From Tubiluchus corallicola (lineage: Eukaryota; Animalia; Priapulida), in contig JAQGDQ010000053.1 in the NCBI GenBank assembly GCA_030141605.1, positions 682,001 to 746,000 on the forward strand: DNA of 64,000 nt. Direction: 5' to 3'. The translations under genes were made by a program, and so were the position numbers. This document shows, piece by piece, positions 34,801 through 49,800 of this stretch (positions are counted from its first letter, which is position 1; each line of letters starts with the position of its first letter). The notes under the pieces were generated by a model that was given only the letters and a program-made list of their open reading frames with translations, made no database searches and had not been told where the DNA came from.

Positions 34801-37800
34801 GCGCTTTCAAGCCCCATGAAACACCCTGATGATGTAAGTGAATGTGAAGAAGAAAAGACTATTGATCAACAGCTTACTGGTGTTAATCATGCAATTTCAA
34901 AGGAAGGTGAAGTGAGTCATATAGAAGCACTCAATTTAGGTTTGCCAAAGCGAGTTCAGAAAAACTCATCTGGTTCTGATTCTGGCAAAATAGTAACCAT
35001 GATGGCCGAAGTACATGCTTCCTTTGATCAAGGTGCTAATAATGTCTTTCAAATGAACAAATATCATCAGTCAGCAAAACTGGATGTTCGTGAGACTTTG
35101 TCAACTTCTGATAATGCACAAAGATATTCTAGTTCTTATAATGTTTTTGAAATGACATCTGGCTTTATGTGTAATGTATTTGTTGTGCGAGACTTGCTTA
35201 ATTTTTTACGAAAAGCCATAGACGATTTACGGGCGTCGGCCATAGATATGTCAGCTGATGATTCACCTACAGCAAACCTCTTTTCTATTGATCAGATTGA
35301 ATTTGATCAGAATGTGCAAAGACTGAATTGCCTTATCAAAGAGGCTGAATGGAGGTTTCAACTGGTTACTCACAGCAAAGTTCCAAAAAAGGTAAAAATC
35401 ATTAATAAATTTTCTGTAATGTCATTTTGAAGAAAATTATTATTTGAAAACTTGCAAACATTGTAGAGAGAATTGAATCTCTAAAGCCTTGCTTTGATTC
35501 TGGCAGCCTCTTGTTATTAAGTGTAAATTTTGCTGTCTAATAGTAAAATACTTGGATATGTTGTAAGCGAGACTAAGATGAACCATATGATACATAAAAC
35601 TAACTTCTAACTTTCTTAATGAGCTAAAATTCTTTGAAATCTTTTCTTAGCTAACTTAACACAGGACAGATTTAGGTGTGGACTAGCTGCAAGTACATGA
35701 GTATCACCAGTTATGCTTAAGGCTGACTTGTGATCACCTAAATATGTTTTTAAAGCACAGAATTATCTGACATCATTGTTGTTGATTAAATCTAAATTTA
35801 CCATAATTTAATTGTAATTTAATTTAATTTTTATTTGATTTAACTAAATGTATGTGGTTAAACATATCGTAAGTATAGCTTTATTCCAAAAGTATTCCAA
35901 AGTACAATATTAAGTTCTTGAATTATCATGTATACTTCAGAATAATTGTGTATCGATTGTCAAAGATAAAAATGTTGAAATTTCCATTTCCCAAAGAAGA
36001 GAAAATTTTGTTGGAAATTTTGAACTTATACAGCTGGCAGAGCATATTTGAAGTTAAAGTTTGCGACAATTATGAAGATGATTAGCTTTTAGCAGAAAAT
36101 TCTCGTCACTGTTTATTTGTTTTTCTGCATTTTAGAGTGGACAGGTTTGTCTGCCATTTTCATTGGAGGAATGCGAATGGACCAATGACAGGAGCAGTTG
36201 GAGTCTGACACGTTGGTTATCATGTTTTATAGTATCAGTAAACGTGTAATAGTATTAAACAAAGCTTAAGCGATGATAAGATACTGCTGTCAATTCAGTA
36301 TAAAATTTCGTCCTGCTACAGTCAGATAATATAATTTGATTGCTGTGTAATAGCTTGTAATGTATAAAAGTGTATAAAGTTATCATATCATTGGAGTCTC
36401 AGAAAATCAAAAATCACTTAAATATCATTGTTCATGTTTAACTGTCTAAATTGTCTTAGGCAGTTAGGTATGCCTCATAATGCATGTTAACAGGCTTTTA
36501 AAACAATACTGCCTAACAGCATCAAGTTTGGGGAAATCAGCTCTCCTTGATCAATAAAATGGGTAATAAAATGTATCAACAAAAGTCATACCTGGAACAG
36601 CTTGTTAGTAAATTTGATCATTTTTATGTTTACATTTTCAGGTGAGCCACATCTTGGACCAGGTAAACGAAAAAGAAGTTCCAGTAAAAAAGGTAATCCT
36701 TGTACACAAAAGTTGTGACGTATGTGACGTGGTTTATAACTCAGATGTTTTGAAACATGTGCATTACGTATGTGCTTTTTGATACAGAAAGATAATTCCC
36801 TTATGTTTTATGTCTTTTAAATAGCTACATTTACCAGAGATTGTATGGAACTAGAAATGTAGTTTTCTATCCCAAAATAAGTATTCTGTTTGCTCTATTC
36901 ACATAGGAATAATAGCTATGAAACATTGTTTTGTCTGAACAATTTTTCATTTAAGATCAAGGTGCAGTTATCCCTGAAAGAAAAATGTTTGAAACTGTAT
37001 CATCAAAGTATCCTACTGGTCACCAAGCAGTTTCAGATGATCATTTGAGCTCCTCCAGTGGTGTCGTCCCCTACATGTTAGCGTCAAAGGAAACGATGCT
37101 GAATCTCTGCTTATTGACGGGAGACCATGTTCAAGCTAGATATGTAATAATGGTAATAATATTTGCTAAGTATGTATAACAAAATTTAAATCATGTTGAA
37201 ATTTTAACATTTAGCAAAATAATTATGAAACTATGTTATTGTAACATAGTTTGTCAAAAAAAACTATAAAAAGGCTTAGCAATTATATGTAATTTTACAC
37301 AAATTAAGCATTCATTTTCATAAATTAAAACAATATTATTGAGTTCATACATTTTCATGTTTAGTCAAAATCATTTAATATAAACTTAGTAAATGTATCT
37401 TAAATGTTTGATTTGATTTACTTGAGCCAAATATTATGGATTTTTAATAGCACTTGTTGGCATCTAACGACGTGCATTAAATTAAATGCGAAGTTGTAAG
37501 AAGTATTTTGCCTGAAAACTTCCTGACTAGGACATTTTCTGTGATATTTTAGACTTGTGATATTGGTGAAGAAGCTGCCATGTCTGAAGTTAATTTTTTG
37601 GAACATTATGAGGTTGCACTTCAAAAGTTGCATTCAGCAGAAATCCAGACTCGATCAGCAGTGCTTGAACAAAAGAAATATTCATCTACAACAGGTTTGA
37701 TATTGGAAGTACATAAGTGCATTACATTTAAATGTATGAAAATTGCACTAAAACAGTGCACACAATGTTGAATGGACCTTGCTGTTGCATTCTGAGCTAT

Positions 37801-40800
37801 CTGTTAATGTGGAATGTGTGCAGTAAAACTACACCGACTCATCTATTTATGCTGAATTGCAGTTTAACATTCTAAATGTTGCTCTTTTGAATATTGTTAT
37901 GGCTGCCTGTAACAAAATGCCAGATCACCAAACTTCATTTGACAGATGATGATATTTCATATTTGAATATTTAACTGTTGTATGCTGAAAACCTTAGCTT
38001 CTATAAGACATTGCCAAGTTAGCTGTTCTATTAGTAATAATTATTAATAGTTTTAAAAAGCACTTTCTGATGCTGTTATATGATTAATGCTTATATGCTT
38101 TTAATATTTATGTTTAAGGTCAAATTGAACATATAGATGCTGTGGCCAGAGCAGCTGCTGCTGGTTTAGCTTCTACAACCATCACTAGCATAGCAGAGGA
38201 GTTGCTCAGAAAATGTGTGCTCTCTGCATCTCTGACAGACAGACAGTTAGAAGCTCTCTCTAGATTAAATATTTTCCATACTGGATTCTTGTCAGCCATG
38301 GTAATTGCAGATATGGCCTTTACAGCAAGCAGAACCTGGGACAGCTCCCAAAAGTTGCTAGACTTGGCTAACAGAAAGTTGGGAAGTTATATAAATATGC
38401 ATACAACCTGCTCAAAATTGATAGGGTTTTGCGGACTTTTGGCACAGATAACAGCAGTGAGAGAGCAAACTGCAGCCTTCCATGGTGATATCATTCAGCA
38501 GAAGTACAGCATTGCAAATCATCTGTGTAGTGGAACATTTTCTCTAGATGCAGACTTATTTACTCGGCAAGCTGGAATTCTTAAAAATCTAAGTAGAGTG
38601 TGCGAAAAGCTTTTAGCGATCCTTGGTTCTGGGAAGGAGTCTAGCAAAGTTGTCAAGTTACCGTTATCTTTAGATGCTCTTCCACCAGAGTACAGATCAC
38701 CAGTCTATCGCTATAAGTTATTTGAAAGGCTTCATATTTCAAAACGTTCACCAGGTGAGAATCTTGAACAATTGAAGAAATCCGATGAGAAGACATTGGA
38801 GGCGGCATCTTCTTCAAAGCCTGTTGATGAAAATAAGTTTACTTTCTTTGCTTCTACAGTGAATATGACAGAGGAGTTGTTAGCTACTGCATTTTCGTTA
38901 TTTTTTCCTCATGGGCGTAGAACTTCTAGAGTTCATTTCAGATATCTGCATCTGTTGTGGAAAAACTTGAATTCTCTAGCTGATTTGAAGTTGAGGTTCA
39001 ATTTGCCATGTCAGTTTAGAAAAGGTAAATTTATACTAATATGCTGCTGATGTATGACCTATGTAGTGGCAACTAGTGACCAGACAATTATAGGCCAGCT
39101 ATTAGTACATATTAAAAAATTTACGTCATGATTCTAAAGTTACAAAATTGTTGGAAACTGTTACTTGTAGTTACCTACTGGAACTGAAACATTTGTTCTT
39201 TAAATATACTTCCCGAAAATGTTTTAGTTTTCATTTAGTGACCAAAAGTCTTCATGCTTTTTGCAGTTAAAAAACATAGTTTATAATTATTATATTAATT
39301 GAGTTTTACAGGTGTTATGTGCAACTAAATTTTATAAATTTGAAATTACTTTGTTATTTTGTGGAAATATTGGCTTACACTATTTTTGTTGACAATGAGA
39401 AAAGGTGTCTTTTCATTGTAGGGGATGGGGAAAGCATAGTCGAAGGGTTACATGTAGCACCAAGCTCTATTATCAGCAGGCTTTTACTTGAGCACCATGT
39501 TTCTCCTGATAGGTAACTTGCATCATAGTTATTCTTAACTGTGGATAGCAATCCAATTAACTTCAATTTTAAGATTGCTGTGAAAATCAGTCACTATTTT
39601 ACTACATAAAGTGTTTTTGTGTGTATTTAGTTTATCTGAAATAGCAGACGAATTGTGTCTTGACTTGTCGACTGTGATATTAGAGAGCTGCTGCCCACAC
39701 ATCCCTGCTTTGTTAAATTGTAATGGTGAGACAGGTGAGTATGTGGTCACACAACAGATTTTTAGTTTATACTGTGACGGATACTATGACCTTCAAATTT
39801 ATAATATGTTGCCATCAGATGTAGTTTTTATTGCTGTAAAAATCTAATAATTAATCAGCAATTAATTGATTGCATCAGCGATATGCCTAAGTTGCCATGG
39901 GATGGAGATCAATATGGGGGTGTGGGGTTTGCTGTAAACTTCACCACTGGAGTGCCCATCTCCGCCTACGTTCTCCTATATTTGAGTATATTTTGAGATG
40001 CTTAAATGCAAGCTGTATTTACAAATTATAATCTTTCTGAATGTGCTGGATTACTCATTATCTGTGTAATATTGAAGAGATTCCACTTCCAATTTGAGTC
40101 ATTTGAATCACCATATTAAACCTTGTGATAAAAATTAAAGGGTTTTTCTTACAGTTTCATGTTTGCAACTTCTATCTATTAATTACAGTCTAAGAACATG
40201 GCCCAAGCTCCTTAATAACTTTACATTGTCCTAGTTATTTACAACACTTCTTCAGATTTGTTGATTTGGTGTGTGAGAGTATTACATAGCTAAAGTATGA
40301 ATGAATCTCACAAACAGTGTATGAGACTTGGCAGGTCTGGTTAAGTAAAAGATTGACATACATGCTACAGTGTAAAAAAGTGCCATTTTTAAACATGTGT
40401 ACTGCTGTTCATCTACTTGTACTAATTTTGCCTTCATTGTGAACAATAAAAGATCTGTAGGCTTGAGCCTCTGCAGTAGATTTTCTTTGCTTTTATGACT
40501 TTTCTGAGTGACACTTTCAATTTTAATTTGTAGTTACGGTTAAGGTTGAATCAGCAGCTGGACAGGTGTATAATGGTTTACATGAGGCTGAAGTGTTTGA
40601 TGAAAGGCATTTAGCAGTTATTAAACACCCAGGACTTTTTGTGCACGAGTTGCTATCAAGACTAGTACATCTAATAAAAGGTAACTACCGAAGAGTTTCA
40701 ATCAACAGTGTGAAGCAATCCACAAATGTTTATGGTTTTTGATAATAAAATATTGATCTATGGATTTAGTGTTGTTGCATGTCTTGTTGTCATTGTTGCT

Positions 40801-43800
40801 TTTGTAGTACATGATGCTAGTTCTAAATTCTCTTTTGGAAGTGATTAGAATTCATAATTTTGTAAGGCAAGCTGCACATGCAGTTTTCCAAAATGTACTA
40901 ATAAGAATAATTCATTATGATAATATACTTTCTTGTTCCAGATTTTGTAGGAATAGGAAAAAGTTGTGCTACTCGGGCATCTTGTCGCAGAATTGCTGCT
41001 AACAAGTCTTTCACTGCTATAGCAGAAGAAACTATTAAACTGAACTATGTTGATTTGGATCTCCTGGACACAGCTGCTGAAAAACTTTGTTTCTTTGTTA
41101 ATTTATACAATTTGCTATTCATTCATGCAACTCTAAATACAATAACTACAGGTGATAACAATCTACCTATTGTTGATGAGAGCAACTTCATGGCTATGTT
41201 AGATCTACAGAAGATAGGCTATAGGATTCGAGATTTGGGCTATGTTAGGTAATTATAGTGTAATAAACAAAGTTGAAAGCTGTAACAAAATGCTTGTCAA
41301 GTTTATAACTTTTTTTTTATTTAAAGTCCTGTAGCAAGTTGCACAAAGTAGGAAGCATATTTTGTATATTCTGATGCAAAGTAACTAAAAAGAATTTGAT
41401 TTGTTGTGAATTTTTTATAGTTTCTAGTTGTATCCTCTTGTATTTTGCATTTGCTGATGACAAGCACATAAGTAATTGGCATTACTTGGTTTAATTCTTG
41501 ACTTGCCTAATAATGGTAGGCAGAGCTACAGAGGAAGGTAAGGCAATTTGCTGGAATAGGAAAACAAGCAGGTGAACTGGGAGAATGACTAGCATCATTT
41601 ATAATGATTTTCTTTAAATTTTGTATTTAGCTTGTTTGATTTGCGATACTTCATCCTACGAGTTGGACTTCCATGTCCAAGTTCTGATGATTCATTTTTG
41701 GCATATCGACTCCATCCTCTTCATACTGAAGACCCTTGGTTAAAGTACACCTGCCCAGTAGAAGCAGATGTATTGTTTACATTGGTAACGGGTACATCAT
41801 GCTCTCCGGCTTTACAAGTGCTTTGTCCGGAGTTGCTGGCTGAACATTTACTGGTGTCAAGAAAACAGTATCTTCAGCATAGGATTATCATCGACAAGAA
41901 TAATCAACAAGTACATATTGAAGATTTTTAATAAAATTACTGCCAATTTGTCACAGATGCAGCTTTGCATTTAAGCATCGAAGTTATTATGCAGTTTTGT
42001 ATGCAGATTGCAATTGTCGATATTTAGTGTTATTGTGGGAACTGTTTATTTGATTCGGGAGTTTCTTGGATGAGTTGCCTGTTACTCAAAAATAACGTAT
42101 GGCCACTCTACGCAAGTTATATTAAAAACCTTAAGTTTTGCACTAGCCAACTAATTTATTTATCATGGCATCTTGAAATAAGGCACTTTACGTCAAATAA
42201 GAGCATTAAGCAATTTTGATTTGTTTGCTTTTCTATTTTTGCCTTTGATACTTTAATTGAATACATAAACAGATAGAATCATCAAACACAATTTTCTTTC
42301 AAAGCTGGTACTCTTTGCTACTCTTGTCATTTGCTATAGCCGTTATTTTTGAAGTAAGCTACACTTATTATCTGCTATAGTAGTTACGTTTCCATACTAG
42401 GCAGCTTTATATTTGAGACTGTACAGTTTGCAACCTAAATGTTGTCGTTATGCAAAGGAATCTAGCAGAACATTATATGGTTTATCACATGTTCAGCAGT
42501 TTGAAGCACTTACTTTGTCAAAATAAGACTAATCAGTAAGAAACAAGACATGGGACTTGCACTTGAAGCTAATGATTAACTGTAACTGCTGGAGAAATTA
42601 AAAGCACTTACAAGTGGTTTTGCCAAAGCTTAAGCTTAAAAAATCTGAATCGAGACATATTATTTTGATGTAGACATTTATTTATTTTGAGTATTTTTGA
42701 ATAATCGAATATTTTAGAAAAATAGTGGCATTGTACTTATTTATTTACAAACAAAAAGAAAGGAAAAGCAAACAGAAATTAAAATGTAGTATTAAGATAA
42801 TTCACATTACTAGGTTAATGAGCAGGCTGACTAATACTGTTAGAAATACTCAGTTATTTTCATGATGTCTAATTCATTTGATTAGTTATGGAGTCAAAAT
42901 ACTTTTGCCATAAAATAAGTCTGTTAAACCCTACATTGTGTTTTAGTTGCTATTCTACATTCTTATTGAATTGGGGAGAACGTCTTTTCTATTTTCTGGT
43001 TTTTAGATACAATTTCTAAGATTCCTTGTTTAAGATTTTTAATTAACATGCCTAATGTGCGTACATTTTATTATTTTAGGTGTGGATACCAAGTATCTTG
43101 AAAGTATACAAACAAGATTTTCTTGGCAAAGAAAATTTAACTGATATCGATTTGTTGAATTTCATTGCATCATCAAATCAAGATGTTTATGTCTTTCTAA
43201 ATGGTGTCAAAGGTACCACATTCTAAAATCATTGCACAAGATACTTTTTAGGCGGACATTTTCAATAGTCCTTGTTCATGGAGATCGAAAGTTTGTTTCT
43301 TGTGGATTTGTCTTCTATAAAGGTTAAATAAAAAATTTAACCCCACACCCATTGCAAAAATATGGGAAAGCTCTGTGAGAGTTTTAAATACAAAATGGCC
43401 ACCATCGGGCATTTTGAAAATTATCTTTTCATAGATTTGGTCTATAGTGCTGCACAGTATATGGTTTCTGGGTCAAGGAATTCATTTTTGATGCCATTTT
43501 TATGATTTGATCAACTTACCTTCATATCCAAAATGGCCTCCTCTATAAAACTGCATAGTTTTGGGATTGACGAATTCATATTTGATGTAGTTCTGATGAT
43601 TTGACATTTTCAACCTTTACTCCCAAGATGACGACTGACTGTAAAGTCACATAACTAAATGCTACTCACTCACTTAAGTCAATGAAAGATCTGTTCATGC
43701 TGAGTTATGAACAGTCAAAATGCAAATAAACAATAAAACTATGAAACTCCACCATGTTAGAACTTGCCTGATATATAATTGTGAGTAAACTTGGGATATG

Positions 43801-46800
43801 TTTTAGGTTATGGGTATGGGTTATGTTACCAAGCACCCGACCTGCAAACCAGACCTAAAGGCCAAAGATATAAATAGCATAAATGCTCGTAATATTGTCT
43901 TTAGCTACCACTTAGAGTGTTCACTCTTGCACGTAAAGCAAGCACCATGACTTAGCCCAGTATTTATGACTTTAGCGAGGGATTTTTGTTTTTCTTTTAG
44001 GCTTTTTGCCAAAATGTTCCAAAATAAAAACGAAAAGCAAATTCCTTTGCTTAAATCATAAGCATTGGGCAAGGTGGCATATTTAGTGCATCATCCAAAG
44101 TGATGACTAAATTCAGATTTATTTTATTTTCCCTTTTAAGTATTACATTTATAGTTTTTGCTGAATTGAGAAATACAGCTCAAGGGAAGGGTGGCGAAGC
44201 ATGAACAGAGTTTTCACTAGGTTTGAATAAATGACTTAAGCAGCCATAAAAATTGGCTGTCATAAATATAAAAAAATATAGAGGTCAAATCATCTGACTG
44301 ACATCGGATGAAAATTCTCCTATCCAAAATGTCTCAAAAACCATGTATTAATGTAGCTTTGTAGGCCAAACCATTTAAAACATGAAATTTTGTTATGTTG
44401 CAAAAAATTTAAAATTTACCTGTATTCATCTTATAATCCTATGAAAATATATATATCACATTATAAAATAATTAGTAAAAAGTTATTATCTTAAATTGGT
44501 TGTATACACTTTACAATGTTAGATTACTACTCATTAATCAGAAAACTTGTAAAAGAAAACCGACCCAATTTTAAACTGTAGCGAAAAAAATCTACCCTGC
44601 ATAATATTGAAAGGCAGCACATTATTTTTACTTGAATGACTTGAGTGAAGGAATTATTACTACAGCAACGTAATTTTGCTTTTGCACTGCTAGTTCTTTC
44701 GCGCATGCACACTCTACAAATTGGCATTAGTGCCTGCATCTCGGAAATGCATTGCACAAAATATAGGCACTGTACTTCTCAGTTCAGAAGTGTTCAGTTG
44801 TGATGTTGTTCATATGTTCAAGAGCCCATGTGAACATAGTATTAAACATGGAAATTTGAATTTTAAACTTAAAATTGCTATGTTTTTTTCTATCTCACTG
44901 AACAGTAGCACTGAACTTTGGTTTTCGCTTTTGCAAACAGCTGCAACACGCTCATAAAATGTTTGTGCTGTTGACACTTATGTTCAATTGTGATTTCTTC
45001 CCTGTTAGGCTCGATTGCCATTAATTAAGCTTTTAGCCTATGTTCAGTTGTGATGTTGCCACTGTTAGGCTCGATTGCCATTAGTTAAGTTTTTAAGCTG
45101 TTATTTAATTATCAGAAATGCTTTGGTATTATTTTAGATGTTAAAGTGTATTCTTTTGCCATAATTCAAAATGGGGTAGGATATCAAAAATCATCCAGCT
45201 TTCCTTTTAGTATAATTTTAAAAGTTGTAACACAATTACAGTTTCGGACTTCATAAGGGCGGTTGTTCCAGATGAGAGTGGGACAGCAACAGAGAATTCC
45301 TGGGCAACGTATGTCTTGAGAGCAATCATGTGTTCTAAATATCCTACTGGGACATAAAGTTTAACAGCAGACAGGCCAATCACCTTAAAGAATTTTGAAG
45401 GAATTTTAATGAATCAATTTTATATCTCACTCGCTATATGGTCATACGTCCTTACGCACACAGTTAGGCGTGCTGCTGCATTCATTACTGCAGAACCGAG
45501 CCCTGTAACACACCACACCAGAAGATTCAACAGACCAACCTAAATCACTCTATTCAGTATTCACGTTAGGTGAGATATGATGCTAACTATTTGAAAGCAA
45601 TGCCACCCTTTTTGCGAAGGGCATGGGGCTAAATTTTGTCATAGAAGACAGATCCATTGGGAAGCAAACCTTCGCTCTCCATGGTCATGGTACTATGGAA
45701 AATGACCCAACTGTTTGTCATTTATCTTAATTTAGTGTCTAGTGATGTGCTTGTTGTAGCTGAGTTAAACTGATTTTCAAATAAAGTAATAATATCATCA
45801 AGTGTTAACTCATAATTGCAGTAAAATCGAAGTCATTAATTTTTATGTAGCTTCTACATAATTAATGTGTAATTATTATTTTAGGAAAGAAATGTGACTT
45901 GCCATTGGTAACACTAAAGCAAAAGCCCGTTTCTTGTAGCGATGCTATTATTACGCTGCATTATGATTCACAACACTCCAATCTGATGTCCATTGGTCAT
46001 CGCAGAAACAACTCGTTGCCTATATTGCTCATGTTTGATGCAACAAAGGTACAGTCTTTGCCGTCACCGGGTGGCAGTCCCGTTTTGTCTGCAGCAAAAT
46101 ATTCAGTGACAAAGGAGATGACTTCATATTTCAGAGAGAGGAATGAACTTGTAGCTCGGTTTGTTCAGTTAATATCTAACCCTCGGGATATGCTTTTGGC
46201 AGATTCAGCTCTCTTTCAACAATTCCCATTACTGCAGTCTTTCATAAACAAAATGATTTTACCATTCCTTAATCTAATTTCCACAGATTCTTTTCAAGAA
46301 ATGGTGGTGGCGATCCTTTGTAATTTCACTGGACAATACGCTAATGTTTTAATTGCTGGATTACGGAATGCATTACATCAGCAAAAGTTTGAAGAATTGT
46401 TGTTAAGTACCACTCTTCTGCCTGACCATATTCTTAGTGATGCTGCTTTTCTTGATCTAAAAGATTGGGCCTTGTGCTGTCTTATCTTTAAACAAACTGT
46501 TGCAATGCGGAGCATTAAAATCGATAATAGTGCCAATGGTGACGTATCTGCAAGTTCCTTTTTGCATCCTTGGTATCTAGCAAAGCAAATTTCAAATGTT
46601 GACTGTCGAAGTCGCTGTACATTGGGTTGCATGAGATTGTGGCCTGTGGAAGAATGTGTAGATGTTTTGCAGATGTGTACAGCTGCCCCACCTACAGATG
46701 CATACTTGAAGCAAGCATTATTATCAGCACGAGCACTAATGAGCATTTATTATAAGGTAAATAAATATTAAGCTATAATTATTATATTATTGTGGAGAAT

Positions 46801-49800
46801 TAACATTACACAAAATTGCGTAAACCAAGATAATCAAGACAAAGATCAAGATCTGGGTCACACAACTTCCAAAATTCAGGCATTATGAACACCATAATTT
46901 TTATGACCATCTCAATTCCACATTAAATTGCATAACTTGTGCTTTTTTATGTGGTAAATAATATGAATTGTTAACAATCATTGCAGTGGTATTAGTGATG
47001 ATTTTGTATCAGATAGCTAGCCAATTGTTCTTTGTTTAAAGAAAAATAAATGTCGAGATTTCGAGATTAAGACCAGTGTGAGAAAGACCAAGACCATGCA
47101 CCTGTAAAAAAGCTGCTCCTAGAGAAAGACCAAAAAAAACAATATCAACAAAAATTTAAAATGAAACCAGGGCCAGCAATAAAATGTTATACTGGTTTCA
47201 AGAGGCACATTTTTGACTTTAGAGCTGCATTTACTTTCCTACATTGACAAATTTATTGATTTTTCATGCTCATTTACTTTATTACATAGGTGATGGAATG
47301 TGCCACACTGAGTTATGGTAATACAAGGCCCAGGTCAGCGAGTGACACGATTACTCAGTTTGAAACTTATGACTATTGGACATTTACGGCATCTGAATCA
47401 TTACGTTGTCCTGAGCAAGTGCTCGAGCCTTTACTCACGTAAGATTGGCACTTCCTATTTGCAAAATTAATATACTATTTCATGATAGTTTTCAATACTG
47501 GCATTAACTGTTAAAAGAGACAATATTTTAAACTGGCATAAGATTGTGATATCGTATAGCATGTAATTTTTTGTAATTTGAAGTTTGAAAGTGGTGAACT
47601 TCAGTAAATTGGACATTCACAAACTATAAAATCTATCGAAAACAAAAACTAAGCAGAAAGCTTTTTCATTTTTGCATCCTTTTTATTGTCTGGTTTTTAT
47701 TTGGTTGTATTTTTAATGTATTTTTCTGCAGTTGTAATGAATACAATACTTGTCGTGTCTGGGCAAAATTGCATAATGTACCACTTTCGGTAAGACAAAC
47801 TATAGAAATAAGACATGTGCATTATCTCTTGGAAAGAGAAGGGGATGTTTCTGCGGCTTATCAGGTAACGTTCATTTTCTATCAGCTTTTTTCATTCAAA
47901 TTCCTGAGCATTCTAAAATAACCACCAACAACTAAAATTTTTGCACAACTTCTGTAGTAAATGCTCTTGTTGTTAGAGTATACCTATGCTTGTTACTTGA
48001 ACAACTGTCCAACACAGCATGCATTCAGTTCTGTCAGCTTTTTATTATTATGATATAAAGCAAAGTATTTCTGAATGCTAGATTAATATAGTTGATTCCA
48101 AGATCCACATAGTGTTCATATTTTATATTGGATCATTTCACCCATCTTACATTATTAAACTCATAATTGAATGTGTCATCATTGTATGTCCACTACGCCT
48201 ATTGTAGTCTAAACATTGGGAATTCTAAAATAGGTGCCCTTACGATAAGTAGATACAGCAGTAATCCAACAAAAACTAGACACTGCTAAGCCAGTGGCTT
48301 GTCAGCACCACCTCGGCCCTTGAAATGCAGTACCACATGGAATGTTAATGCACCCAGCAAGCTACGTACATTCAGCGAACTGTGGAAATATATAATAAAT
48401 ATATTTTCGAAAACGAACATCTTGCATACAACGAAGCTATATTGTTTGCATATGCTTCTGTTTCATGGAAATTAACTTGATGTTGTGAACCTGTGTAAAA
48501 TAAATTCTTTCATGTTAAGGAGTTAAGCTAAATTATCTGTGTATGTTTCATTGGAATAAACTTGGTGCTTAATATGGAATTATGTGTAGCACTAGTTATT
48601 GTTATAGGTACTGCGAGACGTCCCCAATTCAGAATTGTGTTTGTCTATTTGCACTGCGCTGCTGCATGAGTTAGAAGATTACAAGCACATTCTGACTATT
48701 TGTCAATTTATACTGCAAAACCTTCACAAGGTTTTGAGAAAAGAGGAAATCTTAAACATGGAAAACATCCGACTCAGTGCTAAAGTAAGAACCTTTTGTA
48801 GCATCAGTTTTAAAAGTAAGCGATTTCGTTATTTATGATCATTTTTGCGTGCGTACTCTACCGTAATGCAATTTATTAACACAGCTTTGCCAAACCTGTA
48901 TATGGAAATACTGGTTAACACTAATTTGAATAAATGGAACTTTTTAGTGACTGATTAAGAATAAATGGAACTTTTTAGTGACTGTTTAAGTGGATGAATG
49001 GGCAATTGAACAACGAATGAACAAACAAGTAAACAAATGAACAAATTAAAATGAACAGATGAACAATATACAATATTGTATTGAATTTGTTTAGTCAATA
49101 TTTATACATAAATTAAAACGTTGTTTTTATATCTTTGCATATGTATGTCTGGTTTGTTACCAGTTTTTAATTTGGTGACTGCAATTTTCTAATAAGTCTA
49201 TTAGTTATTATGGTAGTGCTTCTAGAAGCCTGATTTAGCATATAAATGTGATGTGACTGTTTTCCTAACTAAAAGTAGATAGTTTTACTAAACTTAGTAG
49301 AACACAGCATCAGTGACAAATTTAAATGCTTGATTTATTGCTGCAGGCTATGCTACAGCTACCAGATTCACTACACCGGGAATATCATTTCTTGCTGTCT
49401 TGTCCAAACTTATTGATAGAACAACTGCTGATGGATTTTAAGGTACATTGCTTATGTTAATTAATGGTGAAGAGACCCCACACCTGTAATCTATGGTGAT
49501 GGAGTGTTGGATTGTAAGTTAGATTCCTAGTCCTAGTTTTTTCTATTTTTTTCGTTTAATTTTGTCTTCTGTAGATAAACCTTAATCTATGATAGCAGGA
49601 AGCTTGCATTGAGAATGTATATTGTTTCTTTATCATGATTTTGGTGTGCTTCTGCATTTTGAATCATTTAAAATAAATTGTTGAATAAATTTTAAATGTC
49701 ATCCATGACAAGTGATTAGTAATGCTTCTCATATAGCTCTTTACTAAACATCTCTAGTCTTAATGTATTTAAGAATGCGGCATAAATGTCATACATGACA

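Noticed and set aside
46378-46746. Antisense ORFs overlapping exons or TE ORFs (also 11750-12187, 26306-26539, 27649-27903, 33639-33902)
   Set aside because: Shadow ORFs of real coding sequence on the opposite strand.
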